Below, one piece after another: positions 13,672 to 27,969 of a stretch of 64,000 nucleotides of DNA. The DNA is taken from NCBI GenBank assembly GCA_964016885.1, contig OZ024754.1, positions 16,368,001-16,432,000 of the forward strand, read 5' to 3'. A program made the position numbers and the translations under genes. Every line of letters starts with the position of its first letter. Positions within the stretch are counted from its first letter, which is position 1. The DNA comes from Eledone cirrhosa. Its lineage: Eukaryota. The notes under the pieces are model-generated. The model saw only the letters and a program-made list of their open reading frames with translations. It was not told the DNA's origin and ran no database searches.

Positions 13672-14168
13672 GTATATATATATATATGTATATATATGTA
13701 TGTATATATATGTATATATATGTATATATATATATATGTATGTATATATATGTATATATATGTATATATATATATATATGTATATATATATGTATATATA
13801 TATGTATATATATATGTATATATATATATGTATATATATATATGTATATATATATATGTATATATATATATGTATATATGTATATATATATATGTGTATA
13901 TATATATATGTATATATATATATGTGTATATATATATATGTATATATATATGTATATATGTATATATATATATATGTATATATGTATATATATATATGTG
14001 TATATATATATATGTATATATATGTATGTATATATATGTGTATATATATATATGTATATATATGTATGTATATATATATATGTATATATATATATGTATA
14101 TATATATATGTGTATATATATATGTATATATATATATGTGTATATATATATGTGTATATATATATATG

Positions 14169-14205
<37 letters not shown>

Positions 14206-14444
14206 GTATATATATATATGTATATATATACATGTGTATATATATATGTATATATATATATATATGTATGTATATATATGTATATATATATATGTATATA
14301 TATACATGTGTATATATATATGTATATATATATATATATGTATGTATATATGTATGTATATATATATGTATATATATATGTATATATATATGTATATATA
14401 TATATATATGTATGTATATATGTATGTATATATATATGTATATA
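12934..14444. repeat. (TA)n/TATG microsatellite
   Basis: Direct reading. Confidence 0.97.
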
Positions 14445-15800
14445 TGTTCAGCTTCGAAATAGCCACTGCAACCTCCACAAGTGTCGGAGGCTCTGCGAGA
14501 GCTACTTTCACAGGACTTTCCGGAATGAGATTGAGGAAATCTTCACTGACGACAGACGGCTGATTCAAAAGATCATCAAAGTGCTCCCGCCACCTTCGTA
14601 GAATTCCCTGTGAGTCACGAAGAAGTTCTTTGCCATCCTTGCTGCGAATCGGTGTCACCAGAGAAGAAGACGGTCCATAAACCTCACGCAAGAGACTGTA
14701 CAACAGCTTTGTGTTATTGCAATCAGACGCAGTTTGTATCTCACCAGCCTTCTCACTCCACCACTGATCCTTCATCTGAGAAAGACTCCGCCTAACACGT
14801 GATTTTACATCCCTGAGCTCCTCATGCAACGTATTCCTCTCCTGTGGTCTTGCCGTCAAGTAGCGTGACAGAGCGCGCCTCTTATCAGCCAACAAGTCAT
14901 CTATATGCACATCTTTCTCATTAAACCAGTCCTGATGTTTTCTCTGCACCAATCCCAGAACACGTCTGCCTACATCATAAACCGACTTTTTAAGGGTCGG
15001 CCAATCCTCACCAAGATCTGCAGCCTGCATCTCTTCTTCCAATGTCCTCTTCACATTTTTATCCTTAAGACGAGCAGCATTCAATCTTTTGGGCAGGGTA
15101 ACACCAGGAGCCCGGATTTTACGTTTGGTGATTAGATTCACTTTTGCGCGTACCAGGCGGTGGTCCGTCCAGCACTCAGCTCCACGAAGAACACGAACAC
15201 ACCGCACATCCTGTCTGTCACGCATCCTGACTAGGACGTAGTCCAAAAGATGCCATTCCTTAGATGCAGGATGCATCCATGTGGTCTTGAATTTGTTCTT
15301 TTGTTGGAACATGGTGTTGGTAACACACAGATCCAGCTCCTCACACATCTGCAGCAAGAGCATACCATTGCTGTTACACTTTCCCACCCCATGCCTTCCG
15401 ATTACATTCCATGTGTTAAAATCCCTACCCACTCTAGCATTAAAGTCACCAAGCACGATGACTTTGTCTGCCTGAGGGATATTTCTTAAAACACCTTTCA
15501 AGGCATGGTAAAAGGACAGTTTTTCTTCATCGACAGAATTCATAGTTGGAGCATACACACTCACCAGGGTAGCATATCTTCCCTTGTCCAGCGGAACTCT
15601 CATGGACATAAGACGCTCACTAATCCCCACTGGGAATTCTTCCAATTTATTCACCAGTACAGTCTTAACAGCAAATCCTACCCCAGCCTCTCTTCTGGTT
15701 CCTTCATCTCTTCCTTTCCAGAAGAATGTATATTCTCCACAAAATTCCGTAAGATGACCATCTCCAGCTAACCTCGTCTCAGACAAAGCCACGATGTCAA
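14445..15800 (-). mobile_element. Inverted 5' part of an RTE LINE: APE endonuclease and linker, open frame
   Basis: [42 protein letters not shown], through to VAISKLN. Confidence 0.92.
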
Positions 15801-17869
15801 GAAGCTGAACAGTGGAAGATCTCCAGGTATGGATGGCATACATGCTGAGCTCCTACAATATGGTGGTGAGAGACTCCTGCAACATCTTCACTCTCTGTTT
15901 GGAAGGATATGGGCTAATGAATCCGTGCCTGAGGACTGGAGAGATGCAGTAATGGTGGTCTTGTACAAGGGAAAGGGTAACAGGAATGATTGTGGGAACT
16001 ACAGAGGTATATCATTGCTTTCTGTCGTGGGGAAAGTTTTATGTAGGGTGCTTCTGGACCGTCTGCTGACACACATTGCAGATTGTGTCCTTCCTGAAAG
16101 TCAATCTGGTTTTCGTGTTGGACGCGGCACTACTGATATGATCTTCTCAGCTAGACAGCTCCAGGAGAAGTGCATTGAACAGGGCTTGGATCTGTATCAG
16201 GTTTTTGTCGATCTGACAAAGGCTTTCGATACTGTCAACAGAGATGCATTATGGAAGGTTCTCCAGAAACTTGGTTGCCCTGATAAGTTCCTTGCTTTAG
16301 TTAGGTCTTTCCATGACGACATGAAGGCTTGGGTTAATGTCGGAGGTAACATGTCGGAGCCTATCTCAGTAAAAAATGGAGTGAAACAGGGGGATATTCC
16401 AGCACCGACCCTGTTTGCCATATACTTTGCAATGGTTTTCTGTATTGCATTCAGGAATTGCGAGCATGGTGTTTACATCCGATATCGAACCTCAGGCAGC
16501 ATATTTAACATCAGGCGCTTTGCTGCGAGGACAAAAGTATTTACATCAGTCATAAGAGACCTCTTGTATGCAGATGATTGCGATCTTGTAGCGCACACAG
16601 AGAGTGATATGCAGCACATTTTGAATGTATTTTCTGACGCTTGCACTGCCCTGGGTTTGACTGTCAGTCTCAAGAAAACCGTCGTCATGTACCAACCTGC
16701 ACCTGGTAGGCAGTACACTGAACCAAACATCTATGTGTATGGCAAACGACTTGGAGTGGTTGATCAGTTTGTCTACCTGGGAAGCACTGTCAATCGATAC
16801 GGCAACCTTGACAGTGAAATCTCACTTAGGATTAGGAAAGCAAGTGATGCTTTCGGAAAGCTAGAAAGGCGACTCTGGGGTCGGCGAGACATATGCAGGA
16901 GGACAAAGGTAAGGGTGTACAGGGCATGTGTACTCTCTTGTCTTCTTTATGCCTGCGAGACCTGGGTCACATATCGACGCCACCTTAAGCAATTGGAGCG
17001 TTTCCATCAGATGTGTCTCAGACGGATACATGGCGTTCGCTGGAGGGACCACATCAGTGATGTCGAGATTTTGGAAAGCTCTATGTGTGACAGTATAGAA
17101 GCTCTTGTGCTTAAGCAGCGACTCCGTTGGAGTGGTCACCTTGCCAGGATGAAGGATTCTAGAATACCAAAACAACTCTTCTATGGAGAGTTGGTTAAAG
17201 GAAAACGACCGCCACATAAACCAAAAAAGAGGTATAAGGATTCCTTGAAGGCCTCTCTGAAAGACGCTAACATCTCTGCTGATACATGGGAAAATATTGC
17301 TGCTGATCGTAATAAATGGAGAAAGACTGTATATGAGGGAAAAGTTGCCTTTGAGGCATCTCGAATCGCACACGAGAAAGTAAAGCGGGACGTGAGGAAG
17401 GGTATTGCTGTTGCACTTCCAGACGGCGAGGGTCCTCCTATGTTTCTGACATGCAGCGTCTGTGCGAGACTCTGCCTAAGCAAAGCTGGACTCGAAAGTC
17501 ATCTTCGCAGTCATAAAGTAAGACCAGTGGTTGACTACCAGGCTGCTGTTGGAGATGCTACTCATCATGCTTGCCAAACATGTGGTAGAGAATGTAAATC
17601 AGCAGGAGGACTCAAGCGACATGCAAAAGTACACGAACTCCAACCACAGCCGACTATTCCCAGTAAATGTTTTGGTTGCCGACTCTGTGCAAGACATTTT
17701 GGATCATTGGCTGGGCTAAAAAGCCACATTCGATCGCAGCACTGTTAGTTGCTATCGTGTGTTTGTGTGTGTGTGTGTGTGTGTAGATATGCTTATGTGC
17801 GTGCGTGTGTGTGTATATATATATGAATATGTATATTATTATTGTTGTTGTCGTTATTATTATTATTGC

Positions 17870-17927
<58 letters not shown>

Positions 17928-18012
17928 TTTTTTTTTGTTTTTTTTTTGTTTTTTTTTTGTTTTTTTTTTATTGTGCAATGGCCATACTCGATAACGAGGG
18001 GGCAGCCATCAT
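15801..18012 (+). mobile_element. 3' part of the same RTE LINE: RT, three C2H2 fingers and a microsatellite-containing 3' UTR
   Basis: Continues [13 protein letters not shown] from the inverted part; the UTR holds (TG)n, (TAT)n and poly-T and ends GGCAGCCATCAT before TA. Confidence 0.9.
15829..17748 (+). CDS. Non-LTR (RTE-like) reverse transcriptase with three C-terminal C2H2 zinc fingers; partial ORF2
   Basis: [45 protein letters not shown]; CxxC-x12-H-x3/4-H three times; no internal stop. Confidence 0.88.
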   Translation: MDGIHAELLQYGGERLLQHLHSLFGRIWANESVPEDWRDAVMVVLYKGKGNRNDCGNYRGISLLSVVGKVLCRVLLDRLLTHIADCVLPESQSGFRVGRGTTDMIFSARQLQEKCIEQGLDLYQVFVDLTKAFDTVNRDALWKVLQKLGCPDKFLALVRSFHDDMKAWVNVGGNMSEPISVKNGVKQGDIPAPTLFAIYFAMVFCIAFRNCEHGVYIRYRTSGSIFNIRRFAARTKVFTSVIRDLLYADDCDLVAHTESDMQHILNVFSDACTALGLTVSLKKTVVMYQPAPGRQYTEPNIYVYGKRLGVVDQFVYLGSTVNRYGNLDSEISLRIRKASDAFGKLERRLWGRRDICRRTKVRVYRACVLSCLLYACETWVTYRRHLKQLERFHQMCLRRIHGVRWRDHISDVEILESSMCDSIEALVLKQRLRWSGHLARMKDSRIPKQLFYGELVKGKRPPHKPKKRYKDSLKASLKDANISADTWENIAADRNKWRKTVYEGKVAFEASRIAHEKVKRDVRKGIAVALPDGEGPPMFLTCSVCARLCLSKAGLESHLRSHKVRPVVDYQAAVGDATHHACQTCGRECKSAGGLKRHAKVHELQPQPTIPSKCFGCRLCARHFGSLAGLKSHIRSQHC

Positions 18013-19741
18013 ATATATATGTATATATATATGTATATATATATGTATATATATATGTATATATATATGTATATATATATGTATATATATATGTATATAT
18101 GTATGTATATATGTATGTATATATATATGTATATATGTATATATATATGTATATATGTATGTATATATGTATGTATATATATATGTATATATATATGTAT
18201 ATATATATGTATATATATATGTATATATATATGTATATATATATGTATATATATATTTATATATATATGTATATATATATGTATATATATATATGTATAT
18301 ATATATGTATATATATATGTATATATATATGTATATATATATATGTATATATATATATGTATGTATATATGTATATATATATGTATATATATATATGTAT
18401 ATATATATGTATATATATATGTATGTATATATGTATGTATATATGTATGTATATATATATGTATGTATATATATATGTATGTATATATGTATGTATATAT
18501 ATATGTATGTATATATGTATGTATATATGTATGTATATATATATGTATGTATATATGTATGTATATATATATGTATGTATATATATATGTATGTATATAT
18601 ATATGTATGTATATATGTATGTATATATGTATGTATATATCTATGTATATATATATGTATATATATATGTATATATATATGTATATATATATGTATATAT
18701 ATATGTATATATATATTTATATATATATGTATATATATATGTATATATATATATGTATATATATATGTATATATATATGTATATATATATGTATATATAT
18801 ATATGTATATATATATATGTATGTATATATGTATATATATATATGTATATATATATATGTATATATATATATATGTATATATATATATGTATATATATAT
18901 GTATGTATATATATATGTATGTATATATATATGTATATATATATGTATATATATATGTATATATATATGTATATATATATGTATATATATATGTATATAT
19001 ATATGTATGTATATATGTATGTGTATATATATGTATGTCTATATGTATGTATATATGTATGTATATATGTATGTATATATGTATGTATATATATATGTAT
19101 GTATATATGTATGTATATATATATGTATGTATATATGTATGGATATATGTATGTATATATATATGTATATATATATGTATATATATATGTATATATATAT
19201 GTATATATATATATGTATATATATATATATGTATATATGTATATATGTATGTATATATATATATGTATATATATATATGTATATATATATATATGTATAT
19301 ATGTATATATATGTATATATATATATGTATATATATATATGTATATATATATATGTATATATATATATATGTATATATGTATATATATGTATATATGTAT
19401 GTATATATATATATGTATGTATATATATATATGTATATATGTATATATGTATGTATATATATATATGTATATATATATATGTATGTATATATATATATGT
19501 ATATATATATGTATGTATATATATATATGTATATATATATGTATATATATGTATATATATGTATGTATATATATATATGTATATATATATGTATGTATAT
19601 ATATATATGTATATATATATGTATGTATATATATATATGTATATATATATGTATGTATATATATATATGTATATATATATGTATGTATATATATATATGT
19701 ATATATATATGTATATATATATGTATATATATATATGTATA
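18013..19741. repeat. (TA)n/(TATG)n microsatellite
   Basis: Direct reading. Confidence 0.97.
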
Positions 19742-20430
19742 TCTTTATATATATAAAAGCAAGGATGTGTGTGTGTCTGCTAACTTTGCATGCATAAGGC
19801 TTTCACAATTACCAACTGAATTTGACCAAATTTTCTGTGCACGTTGCACATGTCGCTAAGATTGTCACATCACAAACATTTTTCAAATCGACCCACGTTG
19901 AGCAATAAAAAATCGATAGCAAAATTATCGGTAGAAAAATTGATGTAAGGGAGATAACAAACTTTATTGACAATCCTTATAAAAAGGGAGATAACCAACT
20001 TTTCAGAAATTGGTTTACCTCCTAATACATTGGTTCTGAAAGAAGGAACACCAGTTATTTTGCTGAGAGATATCACTCCTCCAAAACTATGCAATGGTAC
20101 ATGCCTTGTGGCTAAAAAACTGTCTCCACTTAGTATTGACGCTACCATTCTATCCGGATGTGGAAAAGGCAAGGATGTGATAATAACAAAAATTAGCCTG
20201 ACTACATCAGGCGTGGATACTCTCTCTTCCCCTTCGTGTTGCCTTTGCGATGTCCATAAACAAGTCGCAAGGTCAAACTCTGTCCGTCACTGGAATTCAC
20301 TTGGATGAACCTTGCTTTTTGCACAGACAATTCTACGTTGCCTGCTCACGAGTTGGCAGTCGAGATAATCTCTTTGCATCTGTTTCGAAAAGAAAAACAA
20401 AGAATATCGTCTATCGTGAAGTACTTTAGT
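19742..20430 (+). mobile_element. Internally deleted Helitron with a Pif1-like helicase C-terminal remnant
   Basis: Helitron-like start TCTTTATATATATAAAA; GLPPNTLVLKEGTPVILLR..LCNGT, then in a shifted frame FPLRVAFAMSINKSQGQTL..FYVACSRV..NIVYREVL*; 3' end not located. Confidence 0.8.
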
Positions 20431-20699
20431 TAGTGTTAACAAAAAAACTTATTACAGCTCTTCCTTGACTTCACCTTACTCATTACAAAACATACCAATG
20501 AATATGCCATACACAGCAAAGGATGCTCTCAAAGAATAGATTTTCTCTTATTCTACTCTCATTGTTTTTTTGTTTGTATACAACTCTGCTTTCATTACAA
20601 CTTTTTGTACTTTAGCAAAACTGCCTGTTTTTTTTACAGATTTGCAACGTGTTTTGTCTTTAATCATTTGTATAACTACATCCTGTTCAGTATTTTCCT

Positions 20700-21450
20700 T
20701 CATTATCAACCATTTGTGAATATTATATCAGGGGAGTTAGTCAAATTTGGTGGGGAATTTACTCGACTTGTTGTATGTGAAGGAGATGGTAGTTTGCTGC
20801 GGTTTATTTTAGTATTATGTTTAGTTTGATGTGTTGGTGGTATATTCATGGTTTTTTTTACATTTATATGCATTGTAGGCACTTATATTTTGTTGTATAT
20901 TTTTGGTAGTGGAGTAGGAAAATTTGACCGTTGATCTATTTAAAATTTGATGGTATTTATGGTTAGGCGGGAAGTTTTTCTCTAGGATAGTGAACAATTT
21001 TTTAGGGATATTATTTTTAATTTGTAGATTAAATGGAGCATTATACCAAGTAACTCGTCTATTACGGTTTCGATGTTGTTTTTTATATTTGTACGATGTA
21101 TCAGGATGTTTATTAAGAGAGTTAGTATTAGTGAATTTATTATATATAGGTTTAGTTAGATTTAGGTGCTTTAGTCTGATTATTAGGAATTTTGTTAGTA
21201 ATGTTATTAACGTATATTGGAGTATTAGGATGAATGGTTTTTTGAAAGTTATTATATTTTATGTGAGAAGAGGTAGAGAAATTAAGTTTTAGGTTGGTAT
21301 TTTGGGATGTAGTGTGAGTGGCATTCAGGTGTTGTGTTTTTCATTTGGTGTTTGTTGGTAATATTGGGTTGTATGTTTGAAGTATTATTGGTGCAAGGTA
21401 TATAGACTAATTTGTTTTTGTGGCCGCTTCTAGCTAAAGCTTCATTATAT
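20700..21450 (-). mobile_element. Possible decayed Penelope-like element fragment
   Basis: YNEALARSGHKNKLVY resembles the post-RT segment of Penelope-like ORFs; strong strand skew; no catalytic motifs seen. Confidence 0.3.
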
Positions 21451-21453
21451 ATG

Positions 21454-21485
<32 letters not shown>

Positions 21486-21503
21486 TATATGTATATACAT
21501 TCA

Positions 21504-21920
21504 TGGGATGAGGTGATAAAAGCCGACCTTTCCCAATTACACTTCTCAAAGACAATGACACACGACCGTGACTTCTGGCGTCACGCAGTAATACAGAGTA
21601 CCCGACCTCCCATGGGTACATGCTGAAGCATATAAACAATATGCCCCCACACCCCCCACCGCAAGGTGGTCGTGGAGGTGCCACGGCAAAAAAGCACCCA
21701 GCCCACACTGTAAAGTGGACGTGTAGGCGCCACGAAAAAGCACCCAGCACTCACTGTAAATGAGGTTGGTGTTAGGAAGGGCATCCAGCTGTAGAAATCA
21801 AGCCAGATCAGTTCCTGTATGAGCAAGGCATGGTCAGCCGACCAGACACTGCACACAACAGGACAACCCGTCTAACCCATGCTAGCGTGGAAGAACGGAC
21901 GTAAAATGGTGATGATGATG

Positions 21921-21922
<2 letters not shown>
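21504..21922 (+). mobile_element. RTE family A 3' end
   Basis: Near-identical to 2705-3120; (GAT)n tail followed by TA. Confidence 0.92.
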
Positions 21923-21947
<25 letters not shown>

Positions 21948-21951
<4 letters not shown>

Positions 21952-23265
21952 CTTCTGGTTTTATAATTTTACAGATTTTTTCCCAATAGAGAGAGAGTCG
22001 GTTTCTAACATAGACACAAGACTCTCTCATTGGAATTTACACAACATCAACTAGGTAGATATGTATGTATGCATGCATGTGTAGATATGGATGTTATTGT
22101 ATGTGTGGATGTGTATGTTTTTAGTTGTATCTGTGCATGTGTATATGCTTTGTATCTGTACATGTGTATATGCAGTTATTAGATGCACATTTTTTGGAAT
22201 GTTTTACATATTTTTACTGTTCCATTAATGGATTGTACTTGTAATTTCCTAACTAATTGTGTTCTTTCTGTTCCTGTGAAGCCTAGCTTCTCAAGATTTG
22301 TATTGATGCAGTTACTAACATACCCCAGTGCCCCAATAATAACAGACATAAATCTGAAGGTGTAATCAGGGTGGAGTATTTGCAGGTTTCTCATCAGTTC
22401 TGCATAAATATTCTCCTTTTTGCTAATCTTTGATATTATATTGGCATCTGCTGGGCAGCTAATTTCCACTACTGTGTATGCTTTCTTCTCCCTGTCCCAT
22501 ATCATAATATCTGGTCTGTTATGCCTGCATTTTATTGGGGTTTTTTACTGGAACATTCCACCAGTACTCTTTCATATTATGTACATAGATGTCTTCCACA
22601 TTGTTGTAGCTTTTAATGTGTTTATTATCGGGGCTATCTTTTTTACGAACTGCATTGTACAGTGTTGTGGCCACTACATCATGCCTCATAGGTAGATAGT
22701 ACCGCGATGACATCTTTGGACAGCTGCTAATGACATGGGTGATATCCTCGATGTTAGTTCTGCATAGTCTGCACTTGTTATCACATCTAGGTGTTTTGCC
22801 TGCATCCCTATCTCTTTTGTGAATCAGGTATTTCGTGTTAATCTCCTGTTCCTGGATTGCAAAAGCATATCCTTCAAAGTGGGAGCCAATATAGCGGTTG
22901 TTGGTCCAAGATAGAGTACTTTCCTTATCTATATTACTCTCACTCTGGAGCTTCCTGGCAACATATCCATGCATGATTTTTTGCTGATAAGCATGCAGGT
23001 TTTCATCCATGGATTCATTGCGATACTGCTGAGCGACTTCCCTGGGTGTCAGTTTTTGATTATCACACAGGGAATATCTCTCGAGGAGTTCCTTCCCAAC
23101 TCTGATGATCTTATCTGTTTCATGCAGATAGACTTGCTCAAGAGATGGGCTCCTACGCTTCGAAGTTCGTAGATGTTGTCGGAGAGATATGATGCGACAT
23201 TCAAATGCTGTCTGGACTGATGTTAGGCCTCTGCCTCCCTGCTTACGTTTCAAGTAAAGAGAGAC
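21948..23265 (-). mobile_element. 5'-truncated restriction-like-endonuclease non-LTR element (R4/Dong-like), frameshifted
   Basis: LYLKRKQGGRGL, QEQEINT, CRLC..E...HVISSC knuckle, RHD, RPDIMIWD..VEISCP (PD-(D/E)xK type), IIGALG; 3' UTR with a hairpin near 21983-22033. Confidence 0.85.
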
Positions 23266-23519
23266 TGGGTGAGCATGATAGACAAATTGAGAAAAAATTG
23301 ACTGATTTACTGAAGTTTGTGTTAACTTCATCAAAGTCCTTAGGGGCAGAGTTATACCTGGATTGACTGGTGAGGTGGTGGTGTAATGTTGATTGACAGG
23401 TGTGGTGGTGGTGGGGTAAAGTCTGGATCTTCTGCTGCATCTTCTTTGTTGACCTCCAAGTTTCACCCCGTCAGTAGTACTGCCGTCACTTTGGAGCTGA
23501 ACATGTGAAGTTTAGTTCT

Positions 23520-23900
23520 TGGGCAGATCTCTTTTGATGCCCAGATGTTCTTTAGCAAGATGAAAGCTGTTTTTGCCCTGCCAATCCTGGCTATGATGTC
23601 TTGGTTGGTTCCCCCACGTCAATCAACCACACTTCCCTGGTAGACAAATGACAAATGACTCCACTTCTCTCATGGGCACTCCACCAACTGGTGTCTTGGC
23701 AATGGTGTTAATGCTCATCAGCTCGTTTTTTTTTTCTTGTTTATCCTGAGCCCTATCCTGGCTGATGTGGTCTCCAAGTGTGAGGTCTTGCCCTGTATCT
23801 GGTTGTAACTAGAGTGCCAGGTCATCAGCAAAATTGAGGTCATCCAGTTGTGTCCAATGGTATCCACTGCACACCATTGTTCCTGTCTGTTGTAGTGGCT
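23520..23900 (-). mobile_element. Decayed RT fragment of another RTE-like LINE
   Basis: Minus strand QLDDLNFADDLAL and DIIARIGRAKTAF; disrupted. Confidence 0.65.
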
Positions 23901-24468
23901 GGTACCAAACTGGTACCAAATATGTTAATGAAGAATTTGGAAGAATTAACTGAAATGATGAATTATTTCATTACCAAGATAGTAAGTACTGAGGCTGATT
24001 TAATTTTTCCTTTCCTCCAAATTTGCTTACTTTATGTCTAAATTAGAAATCAATATTAGATGTGGTGCTAGGCTGAAAGATCTGCAGAATTGGCAGAGCA
24101 TCTGATAAAATGCTGTTGTGGTATTTGCTCTAGCTCTTTATATTTTGAGTTCAAATCCCAACTTTGTCTTCCATCCTTCTGAGGGATTGATTTAACTTAA
24201 ACCTACCCCCAAATTTGCTGACCTTCAGCTTAAATTATTATGGGATCAAAAAATTATGAGTTGGTTTTAGCCTGGTTGGTAACAAAATGATTAAAATACT
24301 TTAAACCGATTCTTCAAATGGTTAACATTTTAAGAAATGAAGGCAAAGATGTCAGAATATTATGAAAATGATATTGAAGGAATCTGATGATAAAGTTGGT
24401 AGACATAAATATAGCACATAAGAAGATATCTTAAGAAAATTCCTTGTTATCTTGCTTAACAGTAAGGA

Positions 24469-24469
<1 letters not shown>

Positions 24470-24553
<84 letters not shown>
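24470..24553. repeat. (TG)n(AG)n microsatellite
   Basis: Direct reading. Confidence 0.95.
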
Positions 24554-24556
<3 letters not shown>

Positions 24557-24639
24557 GGTGATAATGTTAATGTCACCATCAAACTTGTTAATCATCCACT
24601 AGTTTCATGATTAAAGTATAAATAGAATATAGCTATAAT

Positions 24640-26291
24640 GTCAGAGTGTGGTTATGTGTGAGTGTTTGTGAGAGAGTGATTATGTGTAAGAGTTTGTTTA
24701 TGTGAGAGTGTGTTTATATGAGAGTGCAGTGTTTATGTGAGAGAGTGCTTGTGAGAGTGTAGTGTTTATGTGAGGGAGTGTTTATGTGAGAGTGTTTTTA
24801 TGTGAGAGTGTTTATGTGAGGGTGTTTATGTGAGGGAGTGTTTATGTGAGAGTGTTTTTATGTGAGAGTGTAGTGTTTATGTGAGAGTGTGTAGTGTTTA
24901 TGAGAGAGTGTATTGTTTATGAGAGAGTGTAGTGTTTATGTGAGAGTGTGTAGTATTTATGTGAGAGTGTAGTATTTATGTGAGAGAGTGTAGTGTTTAT
25001 GTGAGAGTGTGTAGTATTTATGTGAGAGTGTAGTATTTATGTGAGAGTGTAGTATTTATGTGAGAGAGTGTAGTGTTTATGAGAGAGTGTAGTGTTTATG
25101 AGAGAGTGTAGTATTTATGTGAGAGTGTGGTGTTTATGAGAGAGTGTAGTATTTATGTGAGAGTGTGGTGTTTATGAGAGAGTGTAGTGTTTATGTGAGA
25201 GTGTAGTGTTTATGTGAGAGTGTGGTGTTTATGTGAGAGTGTAGTGTTTATGTGAGAGAGTGTAATGTTTATGTGAGAGTGTGTAGTATTTATGTGAGAG
25301 TGTAGTATTTATGTGAGAGTGTAGTATTTATGTGAGAGAGTGTAGTGTTTATGAGAGAGTGTAGTATTTATGTGAGAGTGTGGTGTTTATGAGAGAGTGT
25401 AGTATTTATGTGAGAGTGTGGTGTTTATGAGAGAGTGTAGTGTTTATGTGAGAGTGTAGTGTTTATGTGAGAGTGTGGTGTTTATGTGAGAGTGTAGTGT
25501 TTATGAGAGAGTGTAATGTTTATGTGAGAGTGTAGTATTTATGTGAGAGTGTGGTGTTTATGAGAGAGTGTAGTGTTTATGTGAGAGTGTAGTGTTTATG
25601 TGAGAGTGTGGTGTTTATGTGAGAGTGTAGTGTTTATGAGAGAGTGTAGTGTTTATGTGAGAGTGTAGTGTTTATGTGAGAGTGTAGTGTTTATGTGAGA
25701 GTGTAGTGTTTATGAGAGAGTGTAGTGTTTATGTGAGAGTGTAGTGTTTATGTGAGAGTGTAGTGTTTATGTGAGAGTGTAGTGTTTATGTGAGAGTGTA
25801 GTGTTTATGAGAGAGTGTAGTATTTATGTGAGAGTGTGTAGTGTTTATGAGAGAGTGTAGTGTTTATGTGAGAGTGTAGTGTTTATGTGAGAGTGTAGTG
25901 TTTATGAGAGAGTGTAGTATTTATGTGAGAGTGTGTATTGTTTATGCGAGAGTGTAGTATTTATGTGAGAGTGTGGTGTTTATGTGAGAGTGTGGTGTTT
26001 ATGTGAGAGTGTGTAGTGTTTATGAGAGAGTGTAGTATTTATGTGAGAGTGTGTAGTGTTTATGAGAGAGTGTAGTGTTTATGTGAGAGTGTGGTGTTTA
26101 TGTGAGAGTGTGGTGTTTATGAGAGAGTGTAGTGTTTATGTGAGAGTGTGGTGTTTATGTGAGAGTGTAGTATTTATGTGAGAGTGTGTAGTGTTTATGA
26201 GAGAGTGTAGTGTTTATGTGAGAGTGTGGTGTTTATGAGAGAGTGTAGTGTTTATGTGAGAGAGTGTTTATGTGAGAGAGTGTAGTGTTTA
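24640..26291. repeat. Minisatellite with unit of about 19-21 bp (GTGTAGTGTTTATGTGAGA)
   Basis: Direct reading; almost no C on the plus strand. Confidence 0.93.
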
Positions 26292-26511
26292 TATAATGAA
26301 GAAATACAGAATGAGGAATAAGAAAGAAAGGAACATTTCCATCAGTGAATCCCGCAGTGTGAAGTAGGTGGAGGATGATATGTACCATTTGATAGAGACA
26401 CCATAAAACAACACCTGAATAGTAATTGAATATATTTAGTGTTGCATAACTAACAAGTTTACATTGAGTTTGAAATGTCAAATTTATTGCTAGACCACTT
26501 TATAGAAGGCT

Positions 26512-26551
<40 letters not shown>

Positions 26552-26589
26552 AAGAGAGAGAGAGAAAGAGAGAGGGAGAGAGAGAGAGA
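26512..26589. repeat. (AG)n microsatellite
   Basis: Direct reading. Confidence 0.93.
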
Positions 26590-26835
26590 TGTATCCATTA
26601 TGATGAGAACAAGTGATCCATTCTTTTCTATTATGGATTTTGTCATAGAAAATAGCCAGTAGCAATTTAAACCTTTCATTACCATATGTCTAATGAAATA
26701 CATTGTATCTGAATTAATTAATGAAGAAACTGGAAGTTTTTACTAAAATTATTAATTATTTCATTATCAAGAGGGTATTTGTAACACCCATCACTTAACA
26801 AAAGGTTCTTGTTTCAAATATTCTAGAATTTAACC

Positions 26836-27118
26836 TAACCCTTTAGCATTCATATTACTCTATATATACTATTGTATTTTTGTGGTAAAGGCTTTACCTC
26901 ATATATCTCACATAACATTTACATTACTCTATATATACTATTGTATTTTTGGGGTAAAGCTTTATCTCGTATAATATCGAATCTATGAGATTTTGATATT
27001 ATTTATTTTGAGAACAATACCTTAACATCAGTATGAGTGGCCAGTTATGACCTGTTTGAACAGAAAGAGGTGAGAGAATTTTAGCTGGATATGGCCGGTC
27101 TAAATGCTAAAGGGTTAA
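26836..27118 (+). mobile_element. piggyBac-like MITE with an internal duplication
   Basis: TIRs CCCTTTAGCATT/AATGCTAAAGGG with TAA/TTAA flanks; three more copies at 44-46 kb. Confidence 0.78.
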
Positions 27119-27856
27119 ATGGTAACCCTTTAAAATGGCTGGCTTTGTTTCAGAAAATCAGAAGCTATTTTGGACAGGTTGACATTGGAAAGGTTAAAGC
27201 AAGCAGCACATTACATAATGTACGAACTGCGATATTTGTTCTGGGTTTTCAAAAATCCCACTGAGGTCAACTTTGCCTTTTATCTTTTTAAGGTCAATAA
27301 AAAAAAAAATACCAGTCCATTACTGAGGTTGATTCTTCTTCTTCTATATCTCTTTCTCCCTTTCTCTCTATCCTACTCTCTTCTTTTCTGGAAGAAATAA
27401 TCTTCAGACCAGGAGAAGATACTTTTAATGGATGCTACTTGGAAAATGATGCTTCAACAAAATTTCACATTGGTAAATATCAATATTTGATATTTGATTG
27501 TGAAAATATGAGAACGAAAAAGTAGATTTTGATTATTGTGTATCACTACATTTATTTGAGTGTAGCACACTCTGTTCTAATACATAAGAATCCCTTCCTC
27601 TTCCTGTATTTTTAGTTAGTGTTCTTTCATAAACACTATATCTATTTGAGTATAATACACACCACACCTTTTCTGCTGGTTGTTAAACCTAAAAATTAAC
27701 TATGTACATTATACTTGAGATCTAAATGTACATTATACTTGAGATCTAAATGTTATCCTTGTATTTTATAATCAAGGACACGACCATATTCAGCAAGGAA
27801 GTTATATCTGTTGTCTGAACTAACTGGTGCATAATAAATATTTTCAATCATTTAGA

Positions 27857-27969
27857 TAATTGTTTCTACTTTTGGCACAAGGCCGGCAATTACCCAGTGC
27901 ATTACTGGTACTTTATTTTATCGACCCCGTAGGGATGAAAGGCAAAGTTAACCTCGGTGGGATTTGAAC
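27857..27969 (-). mobile_element. SINE family 2 fragment (Meta-like central domain)
   Basis: Reverse complement of GTTCAAATCCC..GAGGTT.ACTTTGCCTTTCATCC..CGGGGTCGATAAAATAAAGTACCAG. Confidence 0.75.

Noticed and set aside
12925-15843. 972-aa ORF as a single protein
   Set aside because: It is the inverted APE segment reading through into microsatellite; the first residues come from the antisense of the RT part
19967-20430. Host PIF1 gene
   Set aside because: Only a frameshifted C-terminal remnant behind a Helitron-like 5' end
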